Positions 27,102 through 36,209 are shown, numbered from the stretch's first letter. The stretch: 64,000 nucleotides of DNA from Burkholderiales bacterium (GCA_038244915.1 JBBRSZ010000008.1:41636-105635), one strand, 5' to 3'. Made by a program: numbers and translations. The notes: generated by a model from the letters alone, not told the origin.

Positions 27102-28666
27102 CGGCTGTCTCACGCCGCGCGCTGCTGGCTGCAGCGGCTACGCCCCTGATCGGTTGCAGCAACTCGCCCGGAATCAGCGGCGGATTCAACGGCATCAGTC
27201 ACGAGCGCGGCCATCTGCTGCGTGCCGCGGCCGCGGCCGCGCGCCGTTCGCCTCCATCGGCCAGCCGGCGAACCCGGGTGCTGATCGCCGGCGGCGGCAT
27301 CGCCGGGCTTGCCGCGGCGAGGGCGCTGCGCTTGCGCGGCATCGACGACTTCGTGCTGCTCGAACTCGAGGACAGCGCCGGCGGCAACAGCCGGGGCGGC
27401 AAGATCGGCGGCGTCGCCTGCCCGCTGGGCGCGCACTACCTGCCGGTGCCGGGCGACGACGCGCCGCAGGTGCAGAACCTGCTGGAGGAACTGGGCTTGC
27501 GCCGCCGCGTCTCCGGCCGCTGGCAGTACGACGAGCGCCACCTGTGCCACAGCCCGCAGGAGCGGTTGTACTTCGAGGGCCAATGGCAGGACGGCCTGCT
27601 GCCGCTGCAGGGCGTGGGCGCGGACACGCTGGCGCAATACCGCCGCTTCTCGCAACGGGTCGAATCCGCGCGCCAGGCCGCGCGCTACACGGTGCCGCTG
27701 GCGGATGCCGCCGCCGCGCCACTCCAGCTCGCGCTCGATGCCTTGACGTTCAGCACGTGGCTGGAGCGCGAGCGCTTCACCGACGCCCGCCTGCACTGGT
27801 ACCTGGATTACTGCTGCCGCGACGACTACGGCGCCGGCATCGGGTCGGTCTCGGCCTGGGCCGGCATCCATTACTTTGCCAGCCGCCACGGCTTTCACGT
27901 GCCGGGCGATGGGCCCGAGCGCGACGCCGTGCTCACCTGGCCGCAGGGCAACGGCTGGCTCAGCGAGCGCATGGCGTGGCCGCTGGCCGAACGGCTGCGC
28001 ACCGGCCGTGTCGTCACCCGCATCGCGTCGTCGCGCCATGGCGTGGAGGTCGACGCCCTCGACGTGGCGAGCGGCGCCAGCGAGCGCTGGCTGGCGGACC
28101 GCTGCATCGTGGCGTTGCCGGTGTTCGTGGCGGCGCGGGTGGTCGAGAGTCCGCCGTCGTTCCTGCAGCTGGCTGCCGCCCGCATCCGCCACGCGCCATG
28201 GGTGGTTGCCAACCTGCACGTGCGTGAACCGCTGGAAGACCGGCGCGGCCCGGCGCCCGCCTGGGACAACGTCCAGTACGGGACCAGGGGCCTGGGCTAT
28301 GTCGATGCGCGGCACCAGAGCCTGGACCCGACGCCCGGTGCCACAGTGCTCAGCTGGTACCGGCCGCTGGGCGACGAAGCCGACGGCCGCCGGATGTTGC
28401 TCGAGCAGCCGTGGACGGTGTGGCGCGATGCCATGCTGGCCGAACTGTCGGTGCCGCATCCCGACATTGCGCAGAAGGCGACCCGGCTCGAGGTCACCCG
28501 CTACGGCCACGCCATGGCGATGCCGCTGCCGGGCACGCTGAAAGCCTGGTCCGGCCGCTCCACGCTGCGCACCGACCGGCTGGCCTTCGCCCACAGCGAC
28601 TGGGCCGGCTACTCCGTGTTCGAGGAGGCGATGGCCGCCGGCCACCAGGCTGCCGGCGCCGTTTGA
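27098..28666 (+). CDS. FAD-dependent oxidoreductase (amine-oxidase-like) with twin-arginine and lipobox signal
   Basis: GTG start in a GTGA overlap. The N-terminus VTAVSRRALLAAAATPLIGCS has an SRRxLL Tat motif and an L-I-G-C lipobox. It is followed by VLIAGGGIAGLAAARAL...LELEDSAGGN. Confidence 0.7.
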   Translation: MTAVSRRALLAAAATPLIGCSNSPGISGGFNGISHERGHLLRAAAAAARRSPPSASRRTRVLIAGGGIAGLAAARALRLRGIDDFVLLELEDSAGGNSRGGKIGGVACPLGAHYLPVPGDDAPQVQNLLEELGLRRRVSGRWQYDERHLCHSPQERLYFEGQWQDGLLPLQGVGADTLAQYRRFSQRVESARQAARYTVPLADAAAAPLQLALDALTFSTWLERERFTDARLHWYLDYCCRDDYGAGIGSVSAWAGIHYFASRHGFHVPGDGPERDAVLTWPQGNGWLSERMAWPLAERLRTGRVVTRIASSRHGVEVDALDVASGASERWLADRCIVALPVFVAARVVESPPSFLQLAAARIRHAPWVVANLHVREPLEDRRGPAPAWDNVQYGTRGLGYVDARHQSLDPTPGATVLSWYRPLGDEADGRRMLLEQPWTVWRDAMLAELSVPHPDIAQKATRLEVTRYGHAMAMPLPGTLKAWSGRSTLRTDRLAFAHSDWAGYSVFEEAMAAGHQAAGAV

Positions 28667-28696
28667 CGCCCGGGCGAGCGCCGGCGCTTAATGGCA

Positions 28697-28730
28697 GCGC
28701 GGTGGCCGCCACGGAGCCGCCCGTTTTTTC
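28697..28730 (+). terminator. weak hairpin plus T6 run after the oxidase gene
   Basis: GCGGT..loop..GCCGC followed by ccgTTTTTTc (T-run at 28724-28729). Confidence 0.3.
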
Positions 28731-28743
28731 TATGGAGGCTCGC

Positions 28744-30717
28744 ATGAAGCTCAAGCAAGGATCTGGAATCGGGCGTTCGCGCTGGCTGGCGTTGCTGGCC
28801 GCGGCCGCGTTGTGGGGTTGCGGTGGTGGCGACGACGGCATGTCGGCGTGCCTGCAGGCCACCGGCAGCGGCGGCGTGGTGGTGGGCTCGGGCCTGCCGG
28901 GCGACCCGGCGGTGCCAGAGCCCCAGTCGGGCTACAAGACCGGCAAGAAGCCGGTCACGGCGCGCCTGTACATGGCCGTCACGGCCAACCCGCTGGCCAG
29001 CCAGGCCGGCTGCGAAGTGCTGCGCGACGGCGGCACGGCAGCTGATGCGGCGGTGGCGATCCAGGCCGTGCTCGGGCTGGTGGAGCCGCAGTCGTCAGGC
29101 CTTGGCGGTGGCGCCTTCATGCTGCACTACACGGCCAGCACCGGCGCCGTGGAAAGCTACGACGGGCGCGAAACCGCCCCGGCCGCCGCGACCGAAGACT
29201 ACCTGCGCTACGTGAGCGCGGCCGACAAGACCAATCCGCTGCCCAGCCTGGGCTCCTCGTTCCTGAGCACCAAGGCCAGCGGCCGCTCGATCGGCACGCC
29301 GGGCGCGCTGCGGATGCTGGAGCTCGCGTACCAGGACCACGGCAACCTGCCCTGGACCTACCTGTTCCGCAAAGGCATCCAGCTGGCCAGCGACGGCTTC
29401 CCGATCAGCGGCCGGATGGCGGCCGCCATCAGCGGCGCGCGCGCCGACCTGCTGCGCGACCCCGAAGCCGCGGCCTATTTCCTGAACCCGGACTACACGC
29501 CCAAAGCCCTGGGCACGACGATCCGCAATCCCGCCTATGCCGACACGCTCTCGGCCATCGGTCAGGGCGGCGCCAACGCGCTGTACACCGGGCCGATCGC
29601 GCAGTCCATCGTCAACAAGATCAAGGTGACCAGCGGCGGCGTGACGAGCACCGTCGCGATCACGCCCGGCCTGACGGAACTCAGCGACCTGGCCAACTAC
29701 CGGGCGATCCGCCGCACGCCCGTCTGCACCACCTACCGCAGCACCTGGGTCTGCGGCATGGGCCCGCCCTCGTCGGGCGGCATCGCGGTGGCGCAGACGC
29801 TGGGTATCCTGGAGAACTTCGACCTGGCCGCCAATGCGCCGACGACCATCACTGCCGAAGGCGGCAAGCCCTCGGTGATGGGCGTGCACCTGGTCAGCGA
29901 ATCCGAGCGCCTGGCCTATGCGGACCGCAACAAATACGTGGCCGACACCGACTTCGTCACGCTGCCCGGCAACGGCATCGCCTCGATGGTCGACAAGAAT
30001 TACCTCAAGGGCCGCGCCGCGCTGATCTCCACCACGCGCAGCATGGGGACAGCGTCCGCCGGCGTGTTCAGCACGGCGCAGGCCCAGGGCGTCAGCGTGC
30101 AGGAGGGCAAGGGCACCACCCACATGGCCATCGTCGATCGCTACGGCAATGCGGTGACCATGACGACCACCATCGAGAGCGGCATGGGATCGTTCCACTT
30201 CACCCGTGGCTTCCTGCTGAACAACCAGCTGACCGATTTCTCCTTCGACCCGTCGGACGCCTCTGGCCCGATCGCCAATCGGGTCGCGGCGCTGAAGCGC
30301 CCGCGCAGTTCGATGGCGCCGACGCTGGTGTTCAACAAGGCGGGCGACGGCTCGCGCGGCAGCCTGCTGATGGTCACCGGCTCGCCCGGCGGCGCGACCA
30401 TCATCCAGTTCGTGGTGAAGACGCTGGTGAGCGCGCTCGATTGGAAGATGGACGCGCAACAGGCGACGTCGACACCGAACTTCGGCGCCGCCAACAGCCC
30501 GACCACCGGTGTCGGCGGCGAGCATCCGCTGATCGACGCCAGCAATAGCGGCAACAACGACGCGCTGGTCACCGGACTGCGCGCCATGGGGCACACGGTG
30601 TCGGTCGCCGCGCAGTCCAGCGGCGTCTCCACCATCATCCGGGTGCCGTCGGCCGACGGCACGCTGCTGGTGGGCGGCGCCGACCCGCGGCGCGAGGGCA
30701 TCGCGCTGGGCGACTGA
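28744..30717 (+). CDS. ggt: gamma-glutamyltransferase, lipoprotein-type signal
   Basis: GGAGG lies 5 nt before ATG 28744. Lipobox LWGC. Motifs NPLASQAGCEVLRDGGTAADAAVA, SGLGGGAFM, the autoprocessing site GTTHMAIVD, and GSPGGATII. Confidence 0.85.
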   Translation: MKLKQGSGIGRSRWLALLAAAALWGCGGGDDGMSACLQATGSGGVVVGSGLPGDPAVPEPQSGYKTGKKPVTARLYMAVTANPLASQAGCEVLRDGGTAADAAVAIQAVLGLVEPQSSGLGGGAFMLHYTASTGAVESYDGRETAPAAATEDYLRYVSAADKTNPLPSLGSSFLSTKASGRSIGTPGALRMLELAYQDHGNLPWTYLFRKGIQLASDGFPISGRMAAAISGARADLLRDPEAAAYFLNPDYTPKALGTTIRNPAYADTLSAIGQGGANALYTGPIAQSIVNKIKVTSGGVTSTVAITPGLTELSDLANYRAIRRTPVCTTYRSTWVCGMGPPSSGGIAVAQTLGILENFDLAANAPTTITAEGGKPSVMGVHLVSESERLAYADRNKYVADTDFVTLPGNGIASMVDKNYLKGRAALISTTRSMGTASAGVFSTAQAQGVSVQEGKGTTHMAIVDRYGNAVTMTTTIESGMGSFHFTRGFLLNNQLTDFSFDPSDASGPIANRVAALKRPRSSMAPTLVFNKAGDGSRGSLLMVTGSPGGATIIQFVVKTLVSALDWKMDAQQATSTPNFGAANSPTTGVGGEHPLIDASNSGNNDALVTGLRAMGHTVSVAAQSSGVSTIIRVPSADGTLLVGGADPRREGIALGD

Positions 30718-30732
30718 GCCGGGGCGCGGCGC

Positions 30733-32142
30733 TCAGCCGCGCATCAGCGCTTCGATCTCGTCGGCCTGCACCGGCACGCCGCGCGAGATCAGCTCGCAGC
30801 CGCCCTCGGTGACGATCGCATCGTCCTCGATGCGGATGCCGATGTTGTGGAACTTCTCGGGCACGCCGTCGCCGGGGCGCACATACAGGCCCGGCTCGAT
30901 GGTCAGCACCATCCCGGGTTTCAGGATCCGGCTGGGGCGGTTCTTGATCACTTCGCCGGACAGCGGGTCCTTGCGCTCGCTCACCTCGCCGACCTGCGAC
31001 GGCTCCACGTAGCTGCCGCAGTCGTGCACGTCCATGCCCAGCCAGTGGCCGGTACGGTGCATGTAGAACTGGAAGTAGCTGCGGTTGTCGATCACGTCCT
31101 GCGCGCTGCCGACCTTGTTCTTGTCGAGAAGGCCGACATCGAGCAGGCCCTGCGCCAGCACCTTCACCGTCGCGTCGTGCGGGTCGGTGAAGCGGGCGCC
31201 GGCCCTGGTGGCGTCGACCGCGGCTTGCTGGCTGGCCAGCACCAGGTCGTACAGCGCGCGCTGCGGGCCGCTGAACTTGCCGTCGGCCGGGAAGGTGCGG
31301 GTGATGTCGCTGGCATAGCCGTCGAGTTCGCAGCCGGCGTCGATCAGCACCAGCTCGCCCTTGCGCACCGGCGCCACGTCGGCGCGGTAATGCAGCACGC
31401 AGGCATTGGCGCCGGCGGCGACGATCGAGCCGTAGGCCGGGTACTGCGAACCGCCGAGGCGGAATTCATGCAGCAGTTCGGCATCGAGGTGGTACTCGCG
31501 CACGTCCTTGCCGCCGCGCAGCATCCGTGCCGACAGCTGCATGGCGCGGATGTGGGCGCGGGCGCTGATCTGGGCGGCGCGCCGCATGATGTCCTGCTCC
31601 TGCGGGTCCTTGACCAGCCGCATCTCGTCGAGGATGGCGCACAGGTCGCGTTGCTGCTCCGGACACAGGGCGCCGTAGCGCACGCGCGAGCGCACCTTGT
31701 TCAGCCAGCCGCCGACCCGGGCTTCCAGGCCTTCGTGGATCGCGAACGGGAACCAGACGGCATCGCGGTTTTCCAGCAGCCGGGGCATCTGCTCGTCGAG
31801 TTGGGCCACCGATATCGCGCCGTCCACGCCGAGCGCGGCGGGCGCCGCGTCCGGGCCGAGCCGGAAGCCGTCCCAGATCTCGCGTTCCAGGTCTTTCGGC
31901 GCGCACAACAGCGTGCTCTTGCCGTCGCCGGTGATCACCAGCCACGCGTTCGGCTCGCCGAAGCCGGTCAGGTAATAGAAGTAGCTGTCGTGCCGGTACA
32001 GGAAGTCGCTGTCGCGGTTGCGGGGCCGCTCCAGCGAGGTGGGGATGATGGCGATGCCGTCCTTGCCGATCTGGGCGGCGACGCGGGCGCGGCGCTGGCT
32101 GTAGACCGAGTCACCGATGAGGGGAGTAGAGGCCATGTTCAT
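30733..32142 (-). CDS. pepP: Xaa-Pro aminopeptidase (M24B)
   Basis: FLYRHDSYFYYLTGFGEPNAWLV at the N-domain, with VLIDAGCELDGYASDITRTF, HRTGHWLGMDVHD and IEPGLY...IGIRIEDD as the metal ligands. Confidence 0.85.
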   Translation of the reverse strand: MNMASTPLIGDSVYSQRRARVAAQIGKDGIAIIPTSLERPRNRDSDFLYRHDSYFYYLTGFGEPNAWLVITGDGKSTLLCAPKDLEREIWDGFRLGPDAAPAALGVDGAISVAQLDEQMPRLLENRDAVWFPFAIHEGLEARVGGWLNKVRSRVRYGALCPEQQRDLCAILDEMRLVKDPQEQDIMRRAAQISARAHIRAMQLSARMLRGGKDVREYHLDAELLHEFRLGGSQYPAYGSIVAAGANACVLHYRADVAPVRKGELVLIDAGCELDGYASDITRTFPADGKFSGPQRALYDLVLASQQAAVDATRAGARFTDPHDATVKVLAQGLLDVGLLDKNKVGSAQDVIDNRSYFQFYMHRTGHWLGMDVHDCGSYVEPSQVGEVSERKDPLSGEVIKNRPSRILKPGMVLTIEPGLYVRPGDGVPEKFHNIGIRIEDDAIVTEGGCELISRGVPVQADEIEALMRG

Positions 32143-32166
32143 GCGCCAATTGTCGCGTACGACGGA

Positions 32167-32928
32167 CTACTTCGGTTGGAACAGGGCCGGCACGGCGTTC
32201 GCCACATTTGCCTTGATCAACGATTCCGCTTCCCTGAGTTTCTCCTGGGGCGTCAGCGCGCCCCAGGCGTCCATGCCGGTCTTGTTCTGCGCCGCCGCAG
32301 CCACGCTGTTGGCCGTGATGCTCTGCGTGCGTACCTCCATCGTGGCCAGGTCCACCAGCCGCAGCTGGATGTACAGGTAGGGGGCGATGATGCCTTCGCT
32401 GTGCTCGCCGGTGCGGGTGTTCTGTACGCGCAGCGACGGATCGACGTAGAAGCCCATTCCCTCCAGCTGGCCGCGGCCGGTGGTAGGGGTGCTGTAGGCG
32501 AGGCGGATGACATTGTTGTGCCGGTACTTGGTGGCAGTGACCAGGTGCGTGAAGCCCTGCTGGCGCAGCGCGTCGATCAGCGCGTTGCCGGCGACCACCT
32601 TGTCGTCCGCGACAACCGCGGCGGGGTCCATGTCGGACCCCGCCACGGCCACCTTGAGCAGAAGCACCGTGGCGTCGGGCGCGACCTTGCCCACCGCCTC
32701 CTGGGCGGCTTTCAATACCTCGATGTCCAGCAACGGGCCGGGCATCTTCAGGACGTTCGCGGCGTTGCTGAGGTTGGTCCCGGTCCCGCGATAGATCGAG
32801 ACCGTCAAGATGTCGCCCACCAGAGAGCTGATGGCGATCTTGGCCGCGACCGGCGCTGGCGCCTGGGCCTGCGCCCCACCCGCGAGCGCGCCGGCCAGAA
32901 TGAGCAGTGCGACGAACAGACGTTTCAT
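32167..32928 (-). CDS. hypothetical exported protein
   Basis: ATG 32928. Signal peptide MKRLFVALLILAGALAGGAQA. I recognise no family. It is tightly packed between murU and pepP on the same strand. Confidence 0.55.
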   Translation of the reverse strand: MKRLFVALLILAGALAGGAQAQAPAPVAAKIAISSLVGDILTVSIYRGTGTNLSNAANVLKMPGPLLDIEVLKAAQEAVGKVAPDATVLLLKVAVAGSDMDPAAVVADDKVVAGNALIDALRQQGFTHLVTATKYRHNNVIRLAYSTPTTGRGQLEGMGFYVDPSLRVQNTRTGEHSEGIIAPYLYIQLRLVDLATMEVRTQSITANSVAAAAQNKTGMDAWGALTPQEKLREAESLIKANVANAVPALFQPK

Positions 32929-32954
32929 GGAGTCTGCCTTGCGATCGAGTGTGT

Positions 32955-33653
32955 TTACTGCGCGTTCAGGTCGGCAAGACGACCCGGGGTTCCGACGTCG
33001 GTCCACGGGCCGGGGTAGACCTCGGCGGTGAGTTGCCCCTTGTCGATCGCCGCCAACAGCAGCGGCAGCATCGGGGCTTTGATACCAGCCGGGTTGCCAG
33101 CGGGGAGGCTGGCGAAGAAATCCTTGCGGTACATCCCGATGGTGGAATAAGTGGATCTGGGCGCGCCCTCACACAGCGCAACGCCATCGGCGCGCAGGCC
33201 GAAATCGCCCTTGGGGTTGTGGGGCGGGTTGGCCACCAGGTAGATGTGGGCGAGCTTGCCGCCGGCATCGAAGCGTTCCAGCGCGGCGCGCGAGAACTCG
33301 AATTGCGGCGCGTAGACATCGCCAGCCACCAGCCAGAAGCTGTCGGCCAGCAGCGGCAGCGCCCTGGCGATGCCGCCAGCCGTCTCCAGCGCGCCGCCGA
33401 AATCCTTGCCCTCGTTCGAATGGCGGATCCGCAGCCCCTGGAAGTCCGGCGGGAAGCGGTCCTCGATCTGCTGGCCCAGCCAGGCGCTGTTGATCACGAT
33501 GTCGCGCAAGCCGGCGCGGGCCAGGGCCTCGAGGTGGTACTGCAGCAGCGGCTTGCCGCGCACCTCCAGCAGCGGCTTGGGGCAGCTGTCGGTGAGCGGC
33601 CGCATCCGCTCGCCGCGGCCGGCCGCCAGGATCATGGCCCGCGCGCCGGTCAT
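32955..33653 (-). CDS. murU: N-acetylmuramate alpha-1-phosphate uridylyltransferase (MurU-like nucleotidyltransferase)
   Basis: MILAAGRGERMRPLTDSCPKPLLEVRGKPLLQYHLEALARAGLRDIVINSAWLGQQIEDRF closely parallels Pseudomonas MurU as I remember it. The ATG overlaps the upstream TGA (ATGA). An alternative start is 33635. Confidence 0.7.
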   Translation of the reverse strand: MTGARAMILAAGRGERMRPLTDSCPKPLLEVRGKPLLQYHLEALARAGLRDIVINSAWLGQQIEDRFPPDFQGLRIRHSNEGKDFGGALETAGGIARALPLLADSFWLVAGDVYAPQFEFSRAALERFDAGGKLAHIYLVANPPHNPKGDFGLRADGVALCEGAPRSTYSTIGMYRKDFFASLPAGNPAGIKAPMLPLLLAAIDKGQLTAEVYPGPWTDVGTPGRLADLNAQ

Positions 33654-34036
33654 TGGCCGTCACCCCGGTCCAGCGAGCGCTGCTCGGTCCACTCGGGCTG
33701 GAAACGATCGATCAGCGCATCCATCAGGCTGCGGGCGCGGGCTGAATGATCGCCGCTGAAGTTGCAGACATAGACGTCGGCCGTCACGGCGCGCTGCTCG
33801 GGCCAGGTGTGCAGGCAGATGTGCGACTCGGCCAGCAACACCGTCGCCGTGACGCCGCCCGCCCCGGCCTGCGTGGCGGGGAACGTGTGGAACAACTGGT
33901 CCACCGGCTGCAGCCCCGCCGCCACCACCGCCTGCACGCACCAGTCGCCCAGGCGCTGGGCGTCCGTCAGCCAGGCGGCGTCGCAGCGGCACCGGTACAG
34001 ATCGGCCGTCAGGTGGAGTCCTTGCATGGACGCCAC
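33650..34036 (-). CDS. S-adenosylmethionine decarboxylase-family pyruvoyl proenzyme (small SpeH/SpeD class 1)
   Basis: GLHLTADLYRC...TATVLLAESHICLHTWPE...ADVYVCNF contains the E-S self-cleavage site in its canonical context. The substrate (SAM versus Orn/Arg) cannot be read from sequence alone. Confidence 0.75.
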   Translation of the reverse strand: MASMQGLHLTADLYRCRCDAAWLTDAQRLGDWCVQAVVAAGLQPVDQLFHTFPATQAGAGGVTATVLLAESHICLHTWPEQRAVTADVYVCNFSGDHSARARSLMDALIDRFQPEWTEQRSLDRGDGQ

Positions 34037-34125
34037 TTTAGACGATGCCGCAGGCCCGGCAGGCAGGGCCGGGGTGCTGGGTAAAATGTCGGGTTATCCC
34101 CGATCCTTCCCCGGAGCTCTCCCCG

Positions 34126-36204
34126 ATGGCCAACACTTCCCTGATGGCGAACGCGATTCGCGCGCTCGCCATGGACGCCGTACAACAAGCCAACTCGGGT
34201 CACCCCGGCGCCCCGATGGGCATGGCCGAGATCGCCACCGCCTTGTGGGGCCGCCATCTCAAGCACAACCCGGCCAATCCGCACTGGGCCGACCGTGACC
34301 GCTTCGTGCTGTCCAACGGCCACGCCTCGATGCTGCTCTATTCGTTGTTGCATCTCACCGGCTACAACCTGCCGGTGCAGGAGTTGCGCAACTTCCGCCA
34401 GCTGCACAGCAAGACCCCCGGCCATCCCGAGGTGGATGTCACGCCCGGCGTCGAAACCACCACCGGCCCGCTCGGCCAGGGCCTGACCAACGCGGTCGGC
34501 ATGGCGCTGGCGGAAAAGCTGCTGGCGACGGAATTCAACCGCGACGGCCACACCGTCGTCGACCACCACACCTATGCGTTCATGGGCGACGGCTGCCTGA
34601 TGGAAGGCATCAGCCACGAGGCCTGCGCCCTGGCCGGCGCCTGGAAGCTGGACAAGCTGGTCGCGATCTACGACGACAACGGGATCTCGATCGACGGCCA
34701 GGTGACGCCCTGGTTCATCGACGACACCCCGGCCCGCTTCAAGGCCTACGGCTGGAACGTGATCGGCCCGATCGACGGCCATGACGTCGATGCCGTCGAC
34801 CGCGCCATCGCCGATGCGCGCCGCAGCGCCAGCAACGGCAGCACCGGCCCGACGCTGATCGTCGCCAAGACCCACATCGGCCAGGGCTCGCCCAATCGCG
34901 TCAACACCGCCAAGGCCCACGGCGAGCCGCTGGGCGCCGACGAGATCGCCCTGACCCGCGCCGCGCTGGACTGGTCGCACGAGCCGTTCCAGCTGCCGCA
35001 GGCGGCCTATGACGAGTGGGACGCCAAGGCCAGGGGCAAGGCGGCCGAGGCCGACTGGAGCAAGCGCTTCGCGGCCTACCGCGAGGCCCATCCAGACCTG
35101 GCCGCCGAATTCACCCGCCGCATGAAGGGCGAGTTGCCGCGCAACTTCGCCCAGGTGGCGGTGGACACCGCGGTCGCCGCCCATGCCAAGGCCGAGACCG
35201 TCGCCTCGCGCAAGGCCTCGCAGCTGGCGCTGGAAGCCTTCACCGCCGCCCTGCCGGAAATGCTGGGCGGCTCGGCCGACCTGACCGGTTCCAACCTCAC
35301 CAACACCAAAAGCACGCCGCCCCTGCGCTTCGACCTGGCCGGCAAGGTCAAGCTGGCTGACGACGGCAATGCATCAGAAAATGCACCAAGGCGCATTGGC
35401 CGCCACATCAACTACGGCGTGCGCGAATTCGGCATGGCCGCGATCATGAACGGCATCGCGCTGCACGGTGGCTACATCCCGTATGGCGGCACCTTCCTGA
35501 CCTTCAGCGACTACAGCCGCAACGCGATCCGGATGGCGGCGCTGATGAAGCGGCGGGTCGTCCACGTGTTCACCCACGACTCGATCGGGCTGGGCGAGGA
35601 CGGCCCGACCCACCAGTCGATCGAGCATGCCGCCAGCCTGAGGCTGATCCCCAATCTGGACGTCTGGCGACCCTGCGACACGGCGGAGACCGCCGTCGCC
35701 TGGGCAGTCGCTTTGCAGAACATGAACCGCCCGACCGCGCTGCTGCTGTCGCGCCAGAACCTGCCGTACGCCCCCAAGGCCGGCCTGGAAGACATCAGCA
35801 AGGGCGCTTACGTGCTGGCCGAGCCCGCTGAAGTGGGCGTGAACAAGAAGCCGCAAGCCGTGATCATCGCCACCGGCTCCGAAGTGCAGCTGGCGCTCAA
35901 GGCCCAGGAACAGCTGGCGCAGCAGAACATCGCCGTGCGCGTGGTCTCGATGCCCAGCACCACGGCTTTCGACCGCCAGAGCGCCGCCTACAAGGTCTCG
36001 GTGCTGCCGGCCGGCGTCCCTCGGATCGCCGTCGAAATGGGCGCGACCGACGGCTGGTGGAAATATGGCTGCGCCGCCGTGGTCGGCATCGACAGCTACG
36101 GCGAATCGGCGCCGGCCAACGTTCTGTTCAAGCTCTTCGGCTTCACCCCGGAGAACGTGGCGGACACGGTGCGGGCCGTGCTGCAGGGCCGGACTGGCGC
36201 GTAG
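34126..36204 (+). CDS. tkt: transketolase
   Basis: [41 protein letters not shown]...[13 protein letters not shown]...[15 protein letters not shown]. Confidence 0.9.
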   Translation: MANTSLMANAIRALAMDAVQQANSGHPGAPMGMAEIATALWGRHLKHNPANPHWADRDRFVLSNGHASMLLYSLLHLTGYNLPVQELRNFRQLHSKTPGHPEVDVTPGVETTTGPLGQGLTNAVGMALAEKLLATEFNRDGHTVVDHHTYAFMGDGCLMEGISHEACALAGAWKLDKLVAIYDDNGISIDGQVTPWFIDDTPARFKAYGWNVIGPIDGHDVDAVDRAIADARRSASNGSTGPTLIVAKTHIGQGSPNRVNTAKAHGEPLGADEIALTRAALDWSHEPFQLPQAAYDEWDAKARGKAAEADWSKRFAAYREAHPDLAAEFTRRMKGELPRNFAQVAVDTAVAAHAKAETVASRKASQLALEAFTAALPEMLGGSADLTGSNLTNTKSTPPLRFDLAGKVKLADDGNASENAPRRIGRHINYGVREFGMAAIMNGIALHGGYIPYGGTFLTFSDYSRNAIRMAALMKRRVVHVFTHDSIGLGEDGPTHQSIEHAASLRLIPNLDVWRPCDTAETAVAWAVALQNMNRPTALLLSRQNLPYAPKAGLEDISKGAYVLAEPAEVGVNKKPQAVIIATGSEVQLALKAQEQLAQQNIAVRVVSMPSTTAFDRQSAAYKVSVLPAGVPRIAVEMGATDGWWKYGCAAVVGIDSYGESAPANVLFKLFGFTPENVADTVRAVLQGRTGA

Positions 36205-36209
36205 TGGCC

